A stretch of 64,000 nucleotides of DNA from Eubacteriales bacterium (GTDB lineage Bacteria; Bacillota; Clostridia; Oscillospirales; CAG-272). Location: positions 48,596-112,595 of the forward strand of contig JAZRGT010000010.1 of NCBI GenBank assembly GCA_045644325.1, in the 5' to 3' direction. Within the stretch, counting starts at the first letter, position 1; every line of letters begins with the position of its first letter. Positions 36,032 to 46,262 of this stretch are shown piece after piece. The notes beneath the pieces were generated by a model. That model had not been told where the DNA came from. It was given only the letters and a program-made list of their open reading frames with translations, and made no database searches. The translations under genes and the position numbers were made by a program.

Positions 36032-36758
36032 TATTACTGATCAGATCAAATTTCTTTGTGATCTTCCCTTCCAAACGATATCCGATTCCGCGAAGCGTAA
36101 CAATAAGCGATGAATATCTGCCGAGAGATTTGCGGAGAAGCTTGATGTGAGTGTCCAGCGTTCTGGCGTCACCGTAAAAATCATATCCCCATACCTCACT
36201 GATCAGCTTTTCTCGCGAAAGAGCGATATTGTGATTCAAAAGCATATAGAAGAACAATTCATACTCCTTGGGCGACATATTGATCCGATTTCCGTCAATA
36301 TAAACGATCCGAGCAGTAATATCTGCCTTCAGCATACCGTCATCAATTTCCATAATTTCATGCGGATTTGCTAAAGCTTCAGAAGAGGTAACGTTAGAAT
36401 CCACTCTTTTCATAACAGCTTCGATTCTGAGTATAAGCTCTCGGGGAGAAAACGGCTTAACCACGTAATCGTCAATACCGAGATTAAAACCGTTAATCTT
36501 GTCATATTCCTCCCCACGGGCTGAAAGCATTATTATGGGAACGTTGCTCGACTTCCTGATCTCCCTGACTGCAGAAAATCCATCAAGCTCGGGCATCATA
36601 ATATCCATAACAATGATATCTATACTTTGAGAATGAAAAACCTCTATGGCTTCCATTCCGTCAGAGGCTTCGATTACCTCATGGCCTCCGAATTCCGCAT
36701 ATTTCTTAATGAAAGAACGGATACCGTCTTCATCATCAACTACCAAAATTTTATACAT
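36018..36758 (-). CDS. OmpR-family response regulator
   Basis: Receiver ILVVDDE...IVMDIMMPELDG...VVKPF and winged helix RTLDTHIKLLRKSL. Start at ATG 36758 behind GGGAG. Confidence 0.85.
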   Translation of the reverse strand: MYKILVVDDEDGIRSFIKKYAEFGGHEVIEASDGMEAIEVFHSQSIDIIVMDIMMPELDGFSAVREIRKSSNVPIIMLSARGEEYDKINGFNLGIDDYVVKPFSPRELILRIEAVMKRVDSNVTSSEALANPHEIMEIDDGMLKADITARIVYIDGNRINMSPKEYELFFYMLLNHNIALSREKLISEVWGYDFYGDARTLDTHIKLLRKSLGRYSSLIVTLRGIGYRLEGKITKKFDLISNNETT

Positions 36759-36777
36759 CTGTTTTACTCCCAAGAAA

Positions 36778-38175
36778 TCAAAGGCTCGAATCCTGCTGTG
36801 CACCTTCCGGGATATATTCGATGAGCTTGATTTTCAATTCGTAATATTTCCTGTCGCGCTTGATTCTTACAACAACTTCATCACCTATTACATTTGAAGA
36901 AATGCTGAATGAAACATCGTCAAGGTCAACTATTGAATAACCGTTAACACTGACTATAATATCATTTGTTTTCAATCCATATTTCTCAATGTCAGCGGAT
37001 ACGATAACCTGTGCATAGATGTCTCCGAAAATACCGGCACTGTACTGCACTTGCTTCAAGGGTATACCGAGCGACGGTCTTCCCGAAACATAACCGTTCG
37101 TTATCAGCTGTTTAGCAATATCCCAAGCTGTATCCACGGGAATGGCGAAGCTGATACCTTCAACACCCTGCCCGCTGGTTTTTGCATTTACAACGCCTAC
37201 AAGTCTGCCGTAGAGATCAAAAAGTCCTCCGCCGGAGTTTCCGGGGCTTACTGCGGCGTTTGTCTGAAGCAAGGTCATGCTTCCATTGCCTTCCATTACA
37301 ACCTCGCGTGCAAGAGAGCTGATAATTCCGTTTGTCACGGTACCTCCGAGCTCACCAAGAGGATTTCCTATAGCGATTACAGCTTGTCCGAGGCGAAGAT
37401 TGGATGCCGTTCCTATAACCGCAGGAGTAAATTCCTTTCCGGACTCGGGTGTTATGGAAATTACCGCCACGTCAGTTTTACTGTCAGTGCCTATCAAAAC
37501 AGCTTCATACTCACTTCCATCCGTAAGTCTTACGATTATATTCGACGCACCCTCTATAACGTGATTGTTTGTGATGATATATCCCCCCGTCGAAATAATA
37601 ACGCCACTTCCTGCGCCGCTGACAACGTACTGAGAATATCCTCCAAAGCCGCTTTTAACGGTTTCCGTGGTTATTTCAACGACAGAATCTCTGACAGCCT
37701 CAATTGCCTCTTCCATCGCCATCGGCTGCCCCGGCAAAGTGGCGGACTCTGTACGCGGCGGTTCGTTTTTATCAATATATGATCTGTCGTCTTCAGGCTT
37801 CGGCTTAACCAAATCGATTTGAGCTTGGGTTTCGGCAGAATGTGCAACAAAATATTCGTTAGCAAAATAAGCAGCTATAAAGCCCGAAGCGAATGAAGCT
37901 AATATGCACAGAACAAGTATGACAGCAGCGAACGGAATAGCAAGCTTCAAAACTCCTGAAGAACTTCTTGAGGGCTTTTTTTGATTATCAGCACCCAAAT
38001 TATCCTGAGCAGTTTTATTCGCACCGCCAGATTGATACCTATCTATCGTATACCCGCTGTTTGTCTGATCGGGACTGTAAATCACGCCGTGAACTACATT
38101 TTCTGCAGCATCATTTTTGCTTTCACATTCATCCTTCTGATTTTGATCATTTAGTCTATCGAAATCGTTAATCAT
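36778..38175 (-). CDS. htrA: HtrA/DegP-family trypsin-like serine protease with PDZ domain
   Basis: TM anchor, catalytic His (TNNHVI), Asp (DVAV) and Ser (GNSGGGL), and a C-terminal PDZ. AAGGAG RBS. Confidence 0.85.
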   Translation of the reverse strand: MINDFDRLNDQNQKDECESKNDAAENVVHGVIYSPDQTNSGYTIDRYQSGGANKTAQDNLGADNQKKPSRSSSGVLKLAIPFAAVILVLCILASFASGFIAAYFANEYFVAHSAETQAQIDLVKPKPEDDRSYIDKNEPPRTESATLPGQPMAMEEAIEAVRDSVVEITTETVKSGFGGYSQYVVSGAGSGVIISTGGYIITNNHVIEGASNIIVRLTDGSEYEAVLIGTDSKTDVAVISITPESGKEFTPAVIGTASNLRLGQAVIAIGNPLGELGGTVTNGIISSLAREVVMEGNGSMTLLQTNAAVSPGNSGGGLFDLYGRLVGVVNAKTSGQGVEGISFAIPVDTAWDIAKQLITNGYVSGRPSLGIPLKQVQYSAGIFGDIYAQVIVSADIEKYGLKTNDIIVSVNGYSIVDLDDVSFSISSNVIGDEVVVRIKRDRKYYELKIKLIEYIPEGAQQDSSL

Positions 38176-38350
38176 AACAAATCTCCTTTCATAATTCTTT
38201 TATATTATAATACCGAAATGTGACGGCTATATGATAACTCGATAAAAATATGTTGAATGAAATCCATTTAAAACAAAATTCAAAGTTTTTATTGTAATGT
38301 ATAAATAAATATGATATAATTTAAGTATAACAATAACGGAGTTTGAAGAT

Positions 38351-39178
38351 ATGAAACGAATCACTGAAATAATCCGAAAAAACGGAGCCGCTGAGGTTGG
38401 GGTTCTGCCCTACAATGAATGCGAAATTATCAATCCTCATCTTGCAAACAAGCTTCCGTTCATTCCAAAATCTGTTTTTATAGGAATCGTGCCATACTAT
38501 ACTCACCACTGCGATAATCCTCACACCATTTCGGCATATGCTTTGGCATATGACTATCACAAGCTTCTTTTCGATATTTGTAATAAAACCATAGAAGACC
38601 TAAAAGAAATATATCCCGAATCACATTTTGCAGGCTTTGCGGATCATTCCCCAATAAACGAAAAGCTTGCTGCCGCAAAATCAGGCTTGGGAATCATAGG
38701 GGACCATAGCCTTTTGATTACCGAAAGATACTCTTCATTTGTTTTTCTATTCGAAATTATTTCTGACCTTGAATTTGACGCGCCCGTCTTCGATATCAAA
38801 TACTGTGAACACTGCGGAGCGTGCAAAAACGCTTGCCCCGCAAATATCAGCGACAAAAAAACTTGTCTTTCCGCAATAACGCAAAAAAAGGGAGCGTTAA
38901 CCGAAGATGAAATCGATTTAATTAAAAGCACAGGATTTATATGGGGATGTGATTTGTGTCAGCTTGCTTGCCCTCATACATTAAATGCCATTTCCCAAAA
39001 CACAATCTACTCTGATTCGTTGTGGTTTAACTCTAATATAATCGCGTCCCCAAGCGAAAATACCGTTGAGGACACAAGCGATTTTAATATGCGCGCCTAC
39101 AGCTGGCGCGGACCGAAAACTATTTTAAGAAATATCCTTATTTTGAACAAACAATCTCAAGAGGACTACGATGATTAA
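38351..39178 (+). CDS. epoxyqueuosine reductase (QueG)-like 4Fe-4S protein, short form
   Basis: Two ferredoxin motifs, CEHCGACKNACP and CDLCQLACP, preceded by a DUF1730-like region. At 275 aa it is shorter than the QueG proteins I recall. Confidence 0.55.
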   Translation: MKRITEIIRKNGAAEVGVLPYNECEIINPHLANKLPFIPKSVFIGIVPYYTHHCDNPHTISAYALAYDYHKLLFDICNKTIEDLKEIYPESHFAGFADHSPINEKLAAAKSGLGIIGDHSLLITERYSSFVFLFEIISDLEFDAPVFDIKYCEHCGACKNACPANISDKKTCLSAITQKKGALTEDEIDLIKSTGFIWGCDLCQLACPHTLNAISQNTIYSDSLWFNSNIIASPSENTVEDTSDFNMRAYSWRGPKTILRNILILNKQSQEDYDD

Positions 39179-42100
39179 ATTTATATACGGAAATCCCGGA
39201 ACGGGAAAAACCGAGGAAATATTCAAAATGCTCGAGAGAGACGCTGCGGTAAAACAAAAAGCGATTCTTATCGTACCCGAGCAAATGACAGTATCTGTAG
39301 AGCGCGAGCTGTTGTTGCGACTTCCCGCTTCTGCTCAGCTTTACGTTGAGGTTCTGAATTACACGCGCCTTGCAAACAAATTATTCCGAGAGTATGGCGG
39401 CATAGACTATAATTCAGCCACTCGCGGACTTCAAAAGCTGTTAATGTGGAAGACTTTATTGATTTCCGCACCTTTACTTTCCGAATATTGCAGATCAGGT
39501 GATGATGACATTGCTCTGGCGGATTCATTTTTAGCTACCTATAACGAACTCACAGCCGCAGGAGTATCTCTTGACGATTTAGAAAAAATAGCAGCAAGAG
39601 GAAACGATTCCACTTTGACAAGAAAAATCAAAGATATTGTCACTATAAGCTCGATATATTCCTCGCTTCTTTCTTCGAGTTACTCTGACACCAACGGAGA
39701 ATTAGTGCGTTTGTGCGAGCTTTTGAAGCGTATCGATTGCCTTAAAGGCGCAAACGTATATTTTGACGGATTTTCGAGCATAACAGGAATCGAGCATGCC
39801 ATAACAAAACAGATTTTTGCGCAAGCAGATAATTGCGCCATTACTTTAAATCTACCTTCGCAAAGCTACAAGGGACTTGATACTGTATCTATAAAAAGGT
39901 TTTCTGACAAATTGCGCGCCGATTGCGCATCTTTAGGATTAAAAAGCGAAACGGTATCTCTCCAACAAAACCGCAGAACCGCTTCAACACGTTTATCATA
40001 CCTTTCTTCAAATTTGTGGGAAATGACCACTTTACCGCTCTCTTCAGATGACTCAATTCAAGATAAATCTATATCGCTGTACAGAGCGGCTGACATTTAT
40101 GACGAATGCGAGTATGCTGCAGTTCTTGCGAGAGAGTTAACCGAACAAGGCTACCGTTACAATGAAATAGCAATAATAGCAAGAAATGCGGATAAATACA
40201 AAGGAATTATCGAGCCTGCTCTTGAAAACCTTGATATACCTTATTTTATCTCAGAAAAAACAGACTCTTCACTTTGTCCCATAGCAAAGCTTATACTCTC
40301 CGCGTTAAGGGTGACGATCAGGGGTTGGCAGCGAAACGATGTTATCTCACATCTTAAAACAGGGTTATGCGGTATTTCGCCGCGCGAGGCTGATATATTT
40401 GAGGAATATACCTCAAAATGGAACATCAGCGGCACAAAATTCACATCCCCTGAGCCTTGGAATATGAATCCCGACGGTTATACCACTCAAAAAACAGAGC
40501 GCGGTGAGCAGGCACTCTTAATCGCAAATTCTGTTAAGAATAATTTTATTTCAAAGCTGATCGCCTTTTCATCTGAGCTCAAATCTGCTTCCAACTGCAA
40601 AGAAATGTGTCTTGCAACTATAAATTACCTTGAAGAGATAAACGTTAAGGAGTCGTTGAAAAATCTCGCAGAAAAGTACCTGTATCACGGTAAACAGCGG
40701 CAGGCGGCTGAATGTGTCAGAATGTATGACGTTGTAATTGATGCACTTGACTGTGTTTGCGATGCCTTTTCCGACTACGAGAAGTTTGATCTTTCAAAAT
40801 TCTATGTTGCAATAAAGACAGCATTGGAAGAAGCCGATCTAGGTTCAATTCCTACTTCTATGGATGAGATTACTATCGGCTCAGCAAATATGCTTCGAGC
40901 TGATAATATCAAATGTGCTATTTTGTTAGGTGCATGCGACGGCGAATTTCCGTCAAACGTACAAGATGCGGGACTTTTGAATGATGCTGACCGCGAATAC
41001 TTAATAAACCATAAGATCGTATTGTCAGGAGATAAAGAAATGCGTGCTTCGGATGAACTCTTTTTCTTCCGACGCGCCGCTTCTTCTCCCTCGGAAAGGT
41101 TAATCATATTTACTCGGGCAGACACCGAACCATCTATAGCCTTTTCACGAGTCAAAAAACTTTTCAGCGATGTAAAGACAGTCGAAACAGCCGCAGAAAC
41201 TCTGCCACGATTCAAATCCGTAAAGATTATATCAGAATACTTGCCGCTTTATGCAGGCACCGATCTTGGAGAAGCGCTTAAAAGATTGGCACTTGAGAAT
41301 ACATCTGAAGATCAATTACCATTCATTTCGCATGCTTATCCCGTTACCGCAGAAAACGACTGTGTAACTCCTGCTACGATAAATAATTATATTGGAAACG
41401 AGCTGAGGTTAAGTCAATCAAAAATCGAAGAATTCGTAAAGTGCAAGTTCGCGTATGCTTGCAAATACTATCTTAAGTTAAACGATACAAAACGCATAAC
41501 TTTCGCTTATAACAACATAGGAACGCTTGTTCATACCGTGCTTGAAAAATTCTTGTATTTCGTATACGTAAACAACAAGGGGGTTCATCCCGATGAAGCC
41601 CAAAAGTCTAAAATAATCGACAGCATCATCTCTGCATATATTGAAGAGTTGATTCCGAGTAAAGAGAAGACCAGCGCACGCCTGAATCATCTTATCGAAA
41701 GACTGAAAAAACTGTCAACTCTCATCCTTGACGATCTATTGGCGGAATTATCCGACAGTTCTTTTGTACCGACCTTTTTTGAGTTACCAATCGGAACTTC
41801 AAAAGTACCTTCTATTACAATCAGGCTGAAAGACGGTAAACGCATTTCAATAAACGGTATCGTCGACAGAGTGGATATTTTTGAAAACAACGGCAAAACT
41901 TATGTACGGGTTATTGACTACAAAACAGGTAATAAAACATTTTCTCTTTCTGATATCGCAGAAGGAACAAATCTGCAATTATTGATATATATATTCTCGT
42001 TAACAAGCCAAAGCTCTTCTCATTTGTTCAACGGAGGAGCCGCCGAGCCTGCAGCAATTACATACATTTCAGCCAATTCATCAAAGATCAAATCTCAAAG

Positions 42101-42422
42101 ATTCAATGACTCGAGCGAGTCGATCAATGCAGCAACAAACGAAATCAAGCGATCCGGGCTTATACTTGACGATTGTGACGTAATTTCTGCAATCAGCAAA
42201 TCTCAGAATAGCAGATTTTTGATGGCATCTGCAAGGAAAAAATCAACGGTATCAAAAGAATCGCTTGACTTAATTTATGAAGAAGTGTGCGACGTTCTAC
42301 AATCTATCGGTGACGAAATAATGACCGGAAATGCCAACGCCGTACCCAAAAACGGATCAGACACTTGCAAATACTGCCCTTATTCGCACGTTTGCAGAAT
42401 CTCAAGAAAAGATCAGAATTAA
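39171..42422 (+). CDS. addB: helicase-exonuclease AddAB, subunit AddB
   Basis: N-terminal Walker A GNPGTGKT. C-terminal RecB-type nuclease GIVDRVD...VIDYKTG. Fe-S cysteines include CKYCPYSHVC. Confidence 0.85.
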   Translation: MIKFIYGNPGTGKTEEIFKMLERDAAVKQKAILIVPEQMTVSVERELLLRLPASAQLYVEVLNYTRLANKLFREYGGIDYNSATRGLQKLLMWKTLLISAPLLSEYCRSGDDDIALADSFLATYNELTAAGVSLDDLEKIAARGNDSTLTRKIKDIVTISSIYSSLLSSSYSDTNGELVRLCELLKRIDCLKGANVYFDGFSSITGIEHAITKQIFAQADNCAITLNLPSQSYKGLDTVSIKRFSDKLRADCASLGLKSETVSLQQNRRTASTRLSYLSSNLWEMTTLPLSSDDSIQDKSISLYRAADIYDECEYAAVLARELTEQGYRYNEIAIIARNADKYKGIIEPALENLDIPYFISEKTDSSLCPIAKLILSALRVTIRGWQRNDVISHLKTGLCGISPREADIFEEYTSKWNISGTKFTSPEPWNMNPDGYTTQKTERGEQALLIANSVKNNFISKLIAFSSELKSASNCKEMCLATINYLEEINVKESLKNLAEKYLYHGKQRQAAECVRMYDVVIDALDCVCDAFSDYEKFDLSKFYVAIKTALEEADLGSIPTSMDEITIGSANMLRADNIKCAILLGACDGEFPSNVQDAGLLNDADREYLINHKIVLSGDKEMRASDELFFFRRAASSPSERLIIFTRADTEPSIAFSRVKKLFSDVKTVETAAETLPRFKSVKIISEYLPLYAGTDLGEALKRLALENTSEDQLPFISHAYPVTAENDCVTPATINNYIGNELRLSQSKIEEFVKCKFAYACKYYLKLNDTKRITFAYNNIGTLVHTVLEKFLYFVYVNNKGVHPDEAQKSKIIDSIISAYIEELIPSKEKTSARLNHLIERLKKLSTLILDDLLAELSDSSFVPTFFELPIGTSKVPSITIRLKDGKRISINGIVDRVDIFENNGKTYVRVIDYKTGNKTFSLSDIAEGTNLQLLIYIFSLTSQSSSHLFNGGAAEPAAITYISANSSKIKSQRFNDSSESINAATNEIKRSGLILDDCDVISAISKSQNSRFLMASARKKSTVSKESLDLIYEEVCDVLQSIGDEIMTGNANAVPKNGSDTCKYCPYSHVCRISRKDQN

Positions 42423-42437
42423 ACCTAGGAGAATAAA

Positions 42438-45400
42438 ATGGATTTCACAAAATCCCAGCAAACCGCTATAGACTTGCGCGACAGGAATATCCTCGTTTCT
42501 GCAGCTGCAGGATCGGGAAAAACCGCCACGCTTACAGAACGCATTTTGCGACTTTTGACGGACGAAAACAATCCCGCCGACATAGATTCTATGCTCATTG
42601 TCACGTTCACGAGAGCCGCAGCGGGAGAGCTAAGAACGCGAATATCCAGAAAGCTCGGTGACGCTCTTGCAGATGATCCCGCAAATACACACATTGCCAG
42701 GCAAATCACTGCGCTTCCCTCTGCAAAGATCTGCACGATCGACTCATATTATCTCGATTTGATCAAAAACAACTTCCAAAAATTAGGTATTCCCGCACGA
42801 TTCAGATTAGCTGAGGAAACCGAGTTGCAGATCATGCGATATGAAATAATGAACGCCGTTATTGAGAGAAGATATGAAACAGATTCGGATTTCAGTCCTT
42901 ATGCAGATGAAATTACAACCGCAAAGGGCGAAAACCAATTGGCGGAAATTTTGCTGAACATTTGGTTCAAGATAAGATCCTCTCCCGACGGCACACAGAT
43001 TCTTGAAGACAGCGTTCGAAAATATATACAATATTCCGACCAAGACCTCTTCTGCACACCTATAGGAAAGGAGCTTCATAAGGCAGTCGTCGAAAGCGTC
43101 CAATACTTAATCAATAGAACTAATCGTATTTTGCAAATGCTTACAGACGAGCCGGCAGCAGCGCCTTACGGTAAAGCCGTATCATCCGACCTGGATTTTC
43201 TCAATCAATTTATGTTGTCTTTGAATAAGCATTCATATCTTGAGGCAAGAAAAGTCTTATTTGATTATTCTCCCATTTCATTGGGAAGAATTTCGAGCGG
43301 AGCGAAAAGCGAAGTAACAGAGACAATCAAAGAGGAACGCAGTGATATCAAAGAGCGAATTTTAAAGTTTCGCGAAAAAGAGTTTTGTGCTCACCCTGAC
43401 GATTTGCCATACATTTGTAAGAAAAGTGCGCAAATGTGCTTAAAAACAAAGGAATTGCTTGATGACTTCATCAGCGCTTACCAAACGGAGAAATCTTCAA
43501 GGTCAATTTGCGAATTTTCGGATCTAAGTCGGTATGCGCTTCAGCTGCTTATAGATGATAGTGGCAATCCTACTCAGACTGCGATTGAGGAACAAGGTAA
43601 ATATCAGCACATTTTTGTTGATGAATATCAGGACACCGACAATATCCAGGATCTGGTTTTCAAAACGATATCCAAGGGAAATAATCTCTTTTTCGTTGGT
43701 GATATCAAGCAGAGTATATACTCCTTCCGCGGCGCTAATCCAACGGTTTTCGCCTCATACCGAAAATCTTACTTGCCTGCAGAGAGCAACAAAGATATTC
43801 CCGATATTCCGCTTTCTGTATTTATGTCTGAAAACTTCCGTTGCTCACCAAATATCATACACTTCACAAATTCGGTTTGCTCATATCTCTTCAGAGAAAC
43901 CGAGGGAGAAGGCTGTGGTATCGGATACGTTGCAGAAGACGATCTGATCGCCTCAAGAGGCGAGCCGACAAGCACCGATAAAGTAAGGGTTGTGCTTTTA
44001 GATAAAGATAATGAGAGCGATTCTGATAATTCGGAATATTCTTTCGTCATTTCCGAAATTCGTTCTATGCTCAAGAACAAAATGAAGCCCGACGGTGAGC
44101 CTTATTTGCCACGTGATATTGCAATCCTGACAAGATCAAACAAGGAAGCGTCCGCTATGGCAAATGCATTGGCTCAGGCGGGAATTCCGCATGCTAACAG
44201 TACAGGAAACGATCTGTTTGAAAATCCGGAAGTTCTTTTAATGCTTTCGCTTCTTTCCGTGTCCGATAATCCACAGCGAGATATCCCCCTTGCCGCAGTT
44301 TTACGTTCACCTATATTCCGATTCAGCCTCGACGACCTCATCAACGTACGAATCGGGCGACAAAACATGTCGCTTTTTGATGCCGTGGAAGAATATTCTC
44401 TTTCCGAGGAATCTTCGCAGGAACTTAAATTAAAATGCACCTCAGCCATCGAAAGAATCTCATATTACCGCACAGAGGCAGAATCCTTACCCGTTCATAT
44501 ATTTATGAAGTTTTTGTGGAAAGACACTTCGGCTCTTTCCTTTGCGGGATCTGATAAAAGTTCGCAAAAACGAACGCCGATCGAAAGAAGAAGAAATCTT
44601 CGTAAATTTTATGAATACGCAAGAAGATACGAAGCGTCGTCATACAAGGGTTTGCATGATTTTGTAGAATACATAAACGGAATAATCAGCCAAAACACTA
44701 AAATTTCAGATGAAGATGCTGTAACCGACAATACCGTCAGAATCATGACGGTACACAAATCCAAAGGATTGGAATTTCCTGCGGTATTTTTGATCGGTTG
44801 TTCAAAAAGCACTAACGCAAAGGATTCGCGATACGGTATGATCTTTGAGCCTTCTTGCGACGTATCTCTTGCTTTCAAAGTTTCAGACTCCACAGGCTTC
44901 GGACAGTTAGATACTCCCTTCAGGGTAGCTCTATCAAACAAGGTGGCTGAGCTTTCGTCAGAAGAAGAAATACGCATTCTTTACGTTGCACTTACGCGAG
45001 CTCGCGATAATTTATGCATAATCGCTTCCGGCAAGGAAGATAATTCTAAAAAGGTTATCGCTGAAGCTTCCGGGAAAGCTGCTTTAGGCGGCAGACTGAC
45101 TGTTCTCGGTTCTTCGAGCTGGATTGATAGGATAATGCTCGGACTCATGGCAGATATTCGATCGGAATTTTATCAGATTGAAACTCCCTCTGCTACCGTT
45201 AACACCGAAGATTATGATCGTAATTGTGAAACATACGTACCTGACGAAAACGAAATTGAAAATCTTTGTAATCAAATCAGACCTTCCCTCAACTTCAGGT
45301 ACGAAAATTCCTATAATTCGCTGATCCCCGCCAAGGTCTCCGTCTCTCGGTTATATCCCGAAATGCTAAACGAAACCGATGATTCTTACGATATTACAAA

Positions 45401-46010
45401 GAAAATTGAATCTATGGAACCTCGCAAGCCAAGGTTTATAGGCGGTGAGGCAACCTCAGCGGACAAGGGAACTGCAACTCATCTATTCCTGCAGTTTTGT
45501 GATTTTTCAAGGCTTAAGCCCTGCTTATCATCCGTAAATGAAGAAATTGCACGTTTGATAGAGTTGAAGTTTTTACCTTCAAATATTACCGAGCTGATCA
45601 GGGCGAATGAAATTGCCGCCTTCGCATCTTCAAGGTTCTTTAATACCATTTTGAATGGCAAAAAGATCCACAGAGAGTTTCGTTTCAACGTATTCTTGCC
45701 TGCAGAAGATTTTACAGATATTCCCGAGCAAAAAATTATATTCTCGGGAGAAAAAATATTGGTACAAGGCGTTATTGACTTATGTCTCGAGGATGCGGAC
45801 GGAAATCTGATTCTATGCGACTATAAGAGCGACCGTCTGAGTCGTGAAGCTTTAAACGATCGCAACCTCGCTAAACGATTTTTGTCCGAGCGACACGCAA
45901 AACAATTGAAATATTATGCTCAAGCCTTAGAAGTGATTATGGACAAAAAACCTGATAAAATCTATATCTATTCTCTCGCGTTTGGAGATGCGATAGAAAT
46001 AGACGTCTGA
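42438..46010 (+). CDS. addA: helicase-exonuclease AddAB, subunit AddA
   Basis: UvrD-type motifs AAAGSGKT, VDEYQDT, SFRGA, TVHKSKGLEF and YVALTRA. C-terminal nuclease QGVIDLC...LCDYKSD. Confidence 0.9.
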   Translation: MDFTKSQQTAIDLRDRNILVSAAAGSGKTATLTERILRLLTDENNPADIDSMLIVTFTRAAAGELRTRISRKLGDALADDPANTHIARQITALPSAKICTIDSYYLDLIKNNFQKLGIPARFRLAEETELQIMRYEIMNAVIERRYETDSDFSPYADEITTAKGENQLAEILLNIWFKIRSSPDGTQILEDSVRKYIQYSDQDLFCTPIGKELHKAVVESVQYLINRTNRILQMLTDEPAAAPYGKAVSSDLDFLNQFMLSLNKHSYLEARKVLFDYSPISLGRISSGAKSEVTETIKEERSDIKERILKFREKEFCAHPDDLPYICKKSAQMCLKTKELLDDFISAYQTEKSSRSICEFSDLSRYALQLLIDDSGNPTQTAIEEQGKYQHIFVDEYQDTDNIQDLVFKTISKGNNLFFVGDIKQSIYSFRGANPTVFASYRKSYLPAESNKDIPDIPLSVFMSENFRCSPNIIHFTNSVCSYLFRETEGEGCGIGYVAEDDLIASRGEPTSTDKVRVVLLDKDNESDSDNSEYSFVISEIRSMLKNKMKPDGEPYLPRDIAILTRSNKEASAMANALAQAGIPHANSTGNDLFENPEVLLMLSLLSVSDNPQRDIPLAAVLRSPIFRFSLDDLINVRIGRQNMSLFDAVEEYSLSEESSQELKLKCTSAIERISYYRTEAESLPVHIFMKFLWKDTSALSFAGSDKSSQKRTPIERRRNLRKFYEYARRYEASSYKGLHDFVEYINGIISQNTKISDEDAVTDNTVRIMTVHKSKGLEFPAVFLIGCSKSTNAKDSRYGMIFEPSCDVSLAFKVSDSTGFGQLDTPFRVALSNKVAELSSEEEIRILYVALTRARDNLCIIASGKEDNSKKVIAEASGKAALGGRLTVLGSSSWIDRIMLGLMADIRSEFYQIETPSATVNTEDYDRNCETYVPDENEIENLCNQIRPSLNFRYENSYNSLIPAKVSVSRLYPEMLNETDDSYDITKKIESMEPRKPRFIGGEATSADKGTATHLFLQFCDFSRLKPCLSSVNEEIARLIELKFLPSNITELIRANEIAAFASSRFFNTILNGKKIHREFRFNVFLPAEDFTDIPEQKIIFSGEKILVQGVIDLCLEDADGNLILCDYKSDRLSREALNDRNLAKRFLSERHAKQLKYYAQALEVIMDKKPDKIYIYSLAFGDAIEIDV

Positions 46011-46064
46011 AAGAAATTCGAAGACACTCTATGAACCAATCCGTTAAAATCGGAAATTGAATAT

Positions 46065-46119
46065 CTCCTCCTATGGTAGAACAGAATCAAATCTATTTGA
46101 CCATAGGAGGAGTTTTTTA
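46065..46119 (+). terminator. terminator after addA (long-loop hairpin)
   Basis: 13-bp stem ctcctcctatggt/accataggaggag with a 22-nt loop, followed by tttttt. Confidence 0.6.
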
Positions 46120-46149
46120 TCTGCGCGTTACATTATATTCACGTTATAT

Positions 46150-46185
46150 AACAAAACCGACACCGCTTGAAAAGCGGTGTCGGTT
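46150..46185 (-). terminator. rho-independent terminator after the isocitrate dehydrogenase gene
   Basis: 12-bp stem aaccgacaccgc/gcggtgtcggtt with a T-run on the minus strand. Confidence 0.7.
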
Positions 46186-46262
46186 AGTTAAATATAATAT
46201 TTTTCTACTTTTTCTATGCAGTAGGGGAATTTCTGTCAAAATACCGGAAAGAAATTCTGAAA

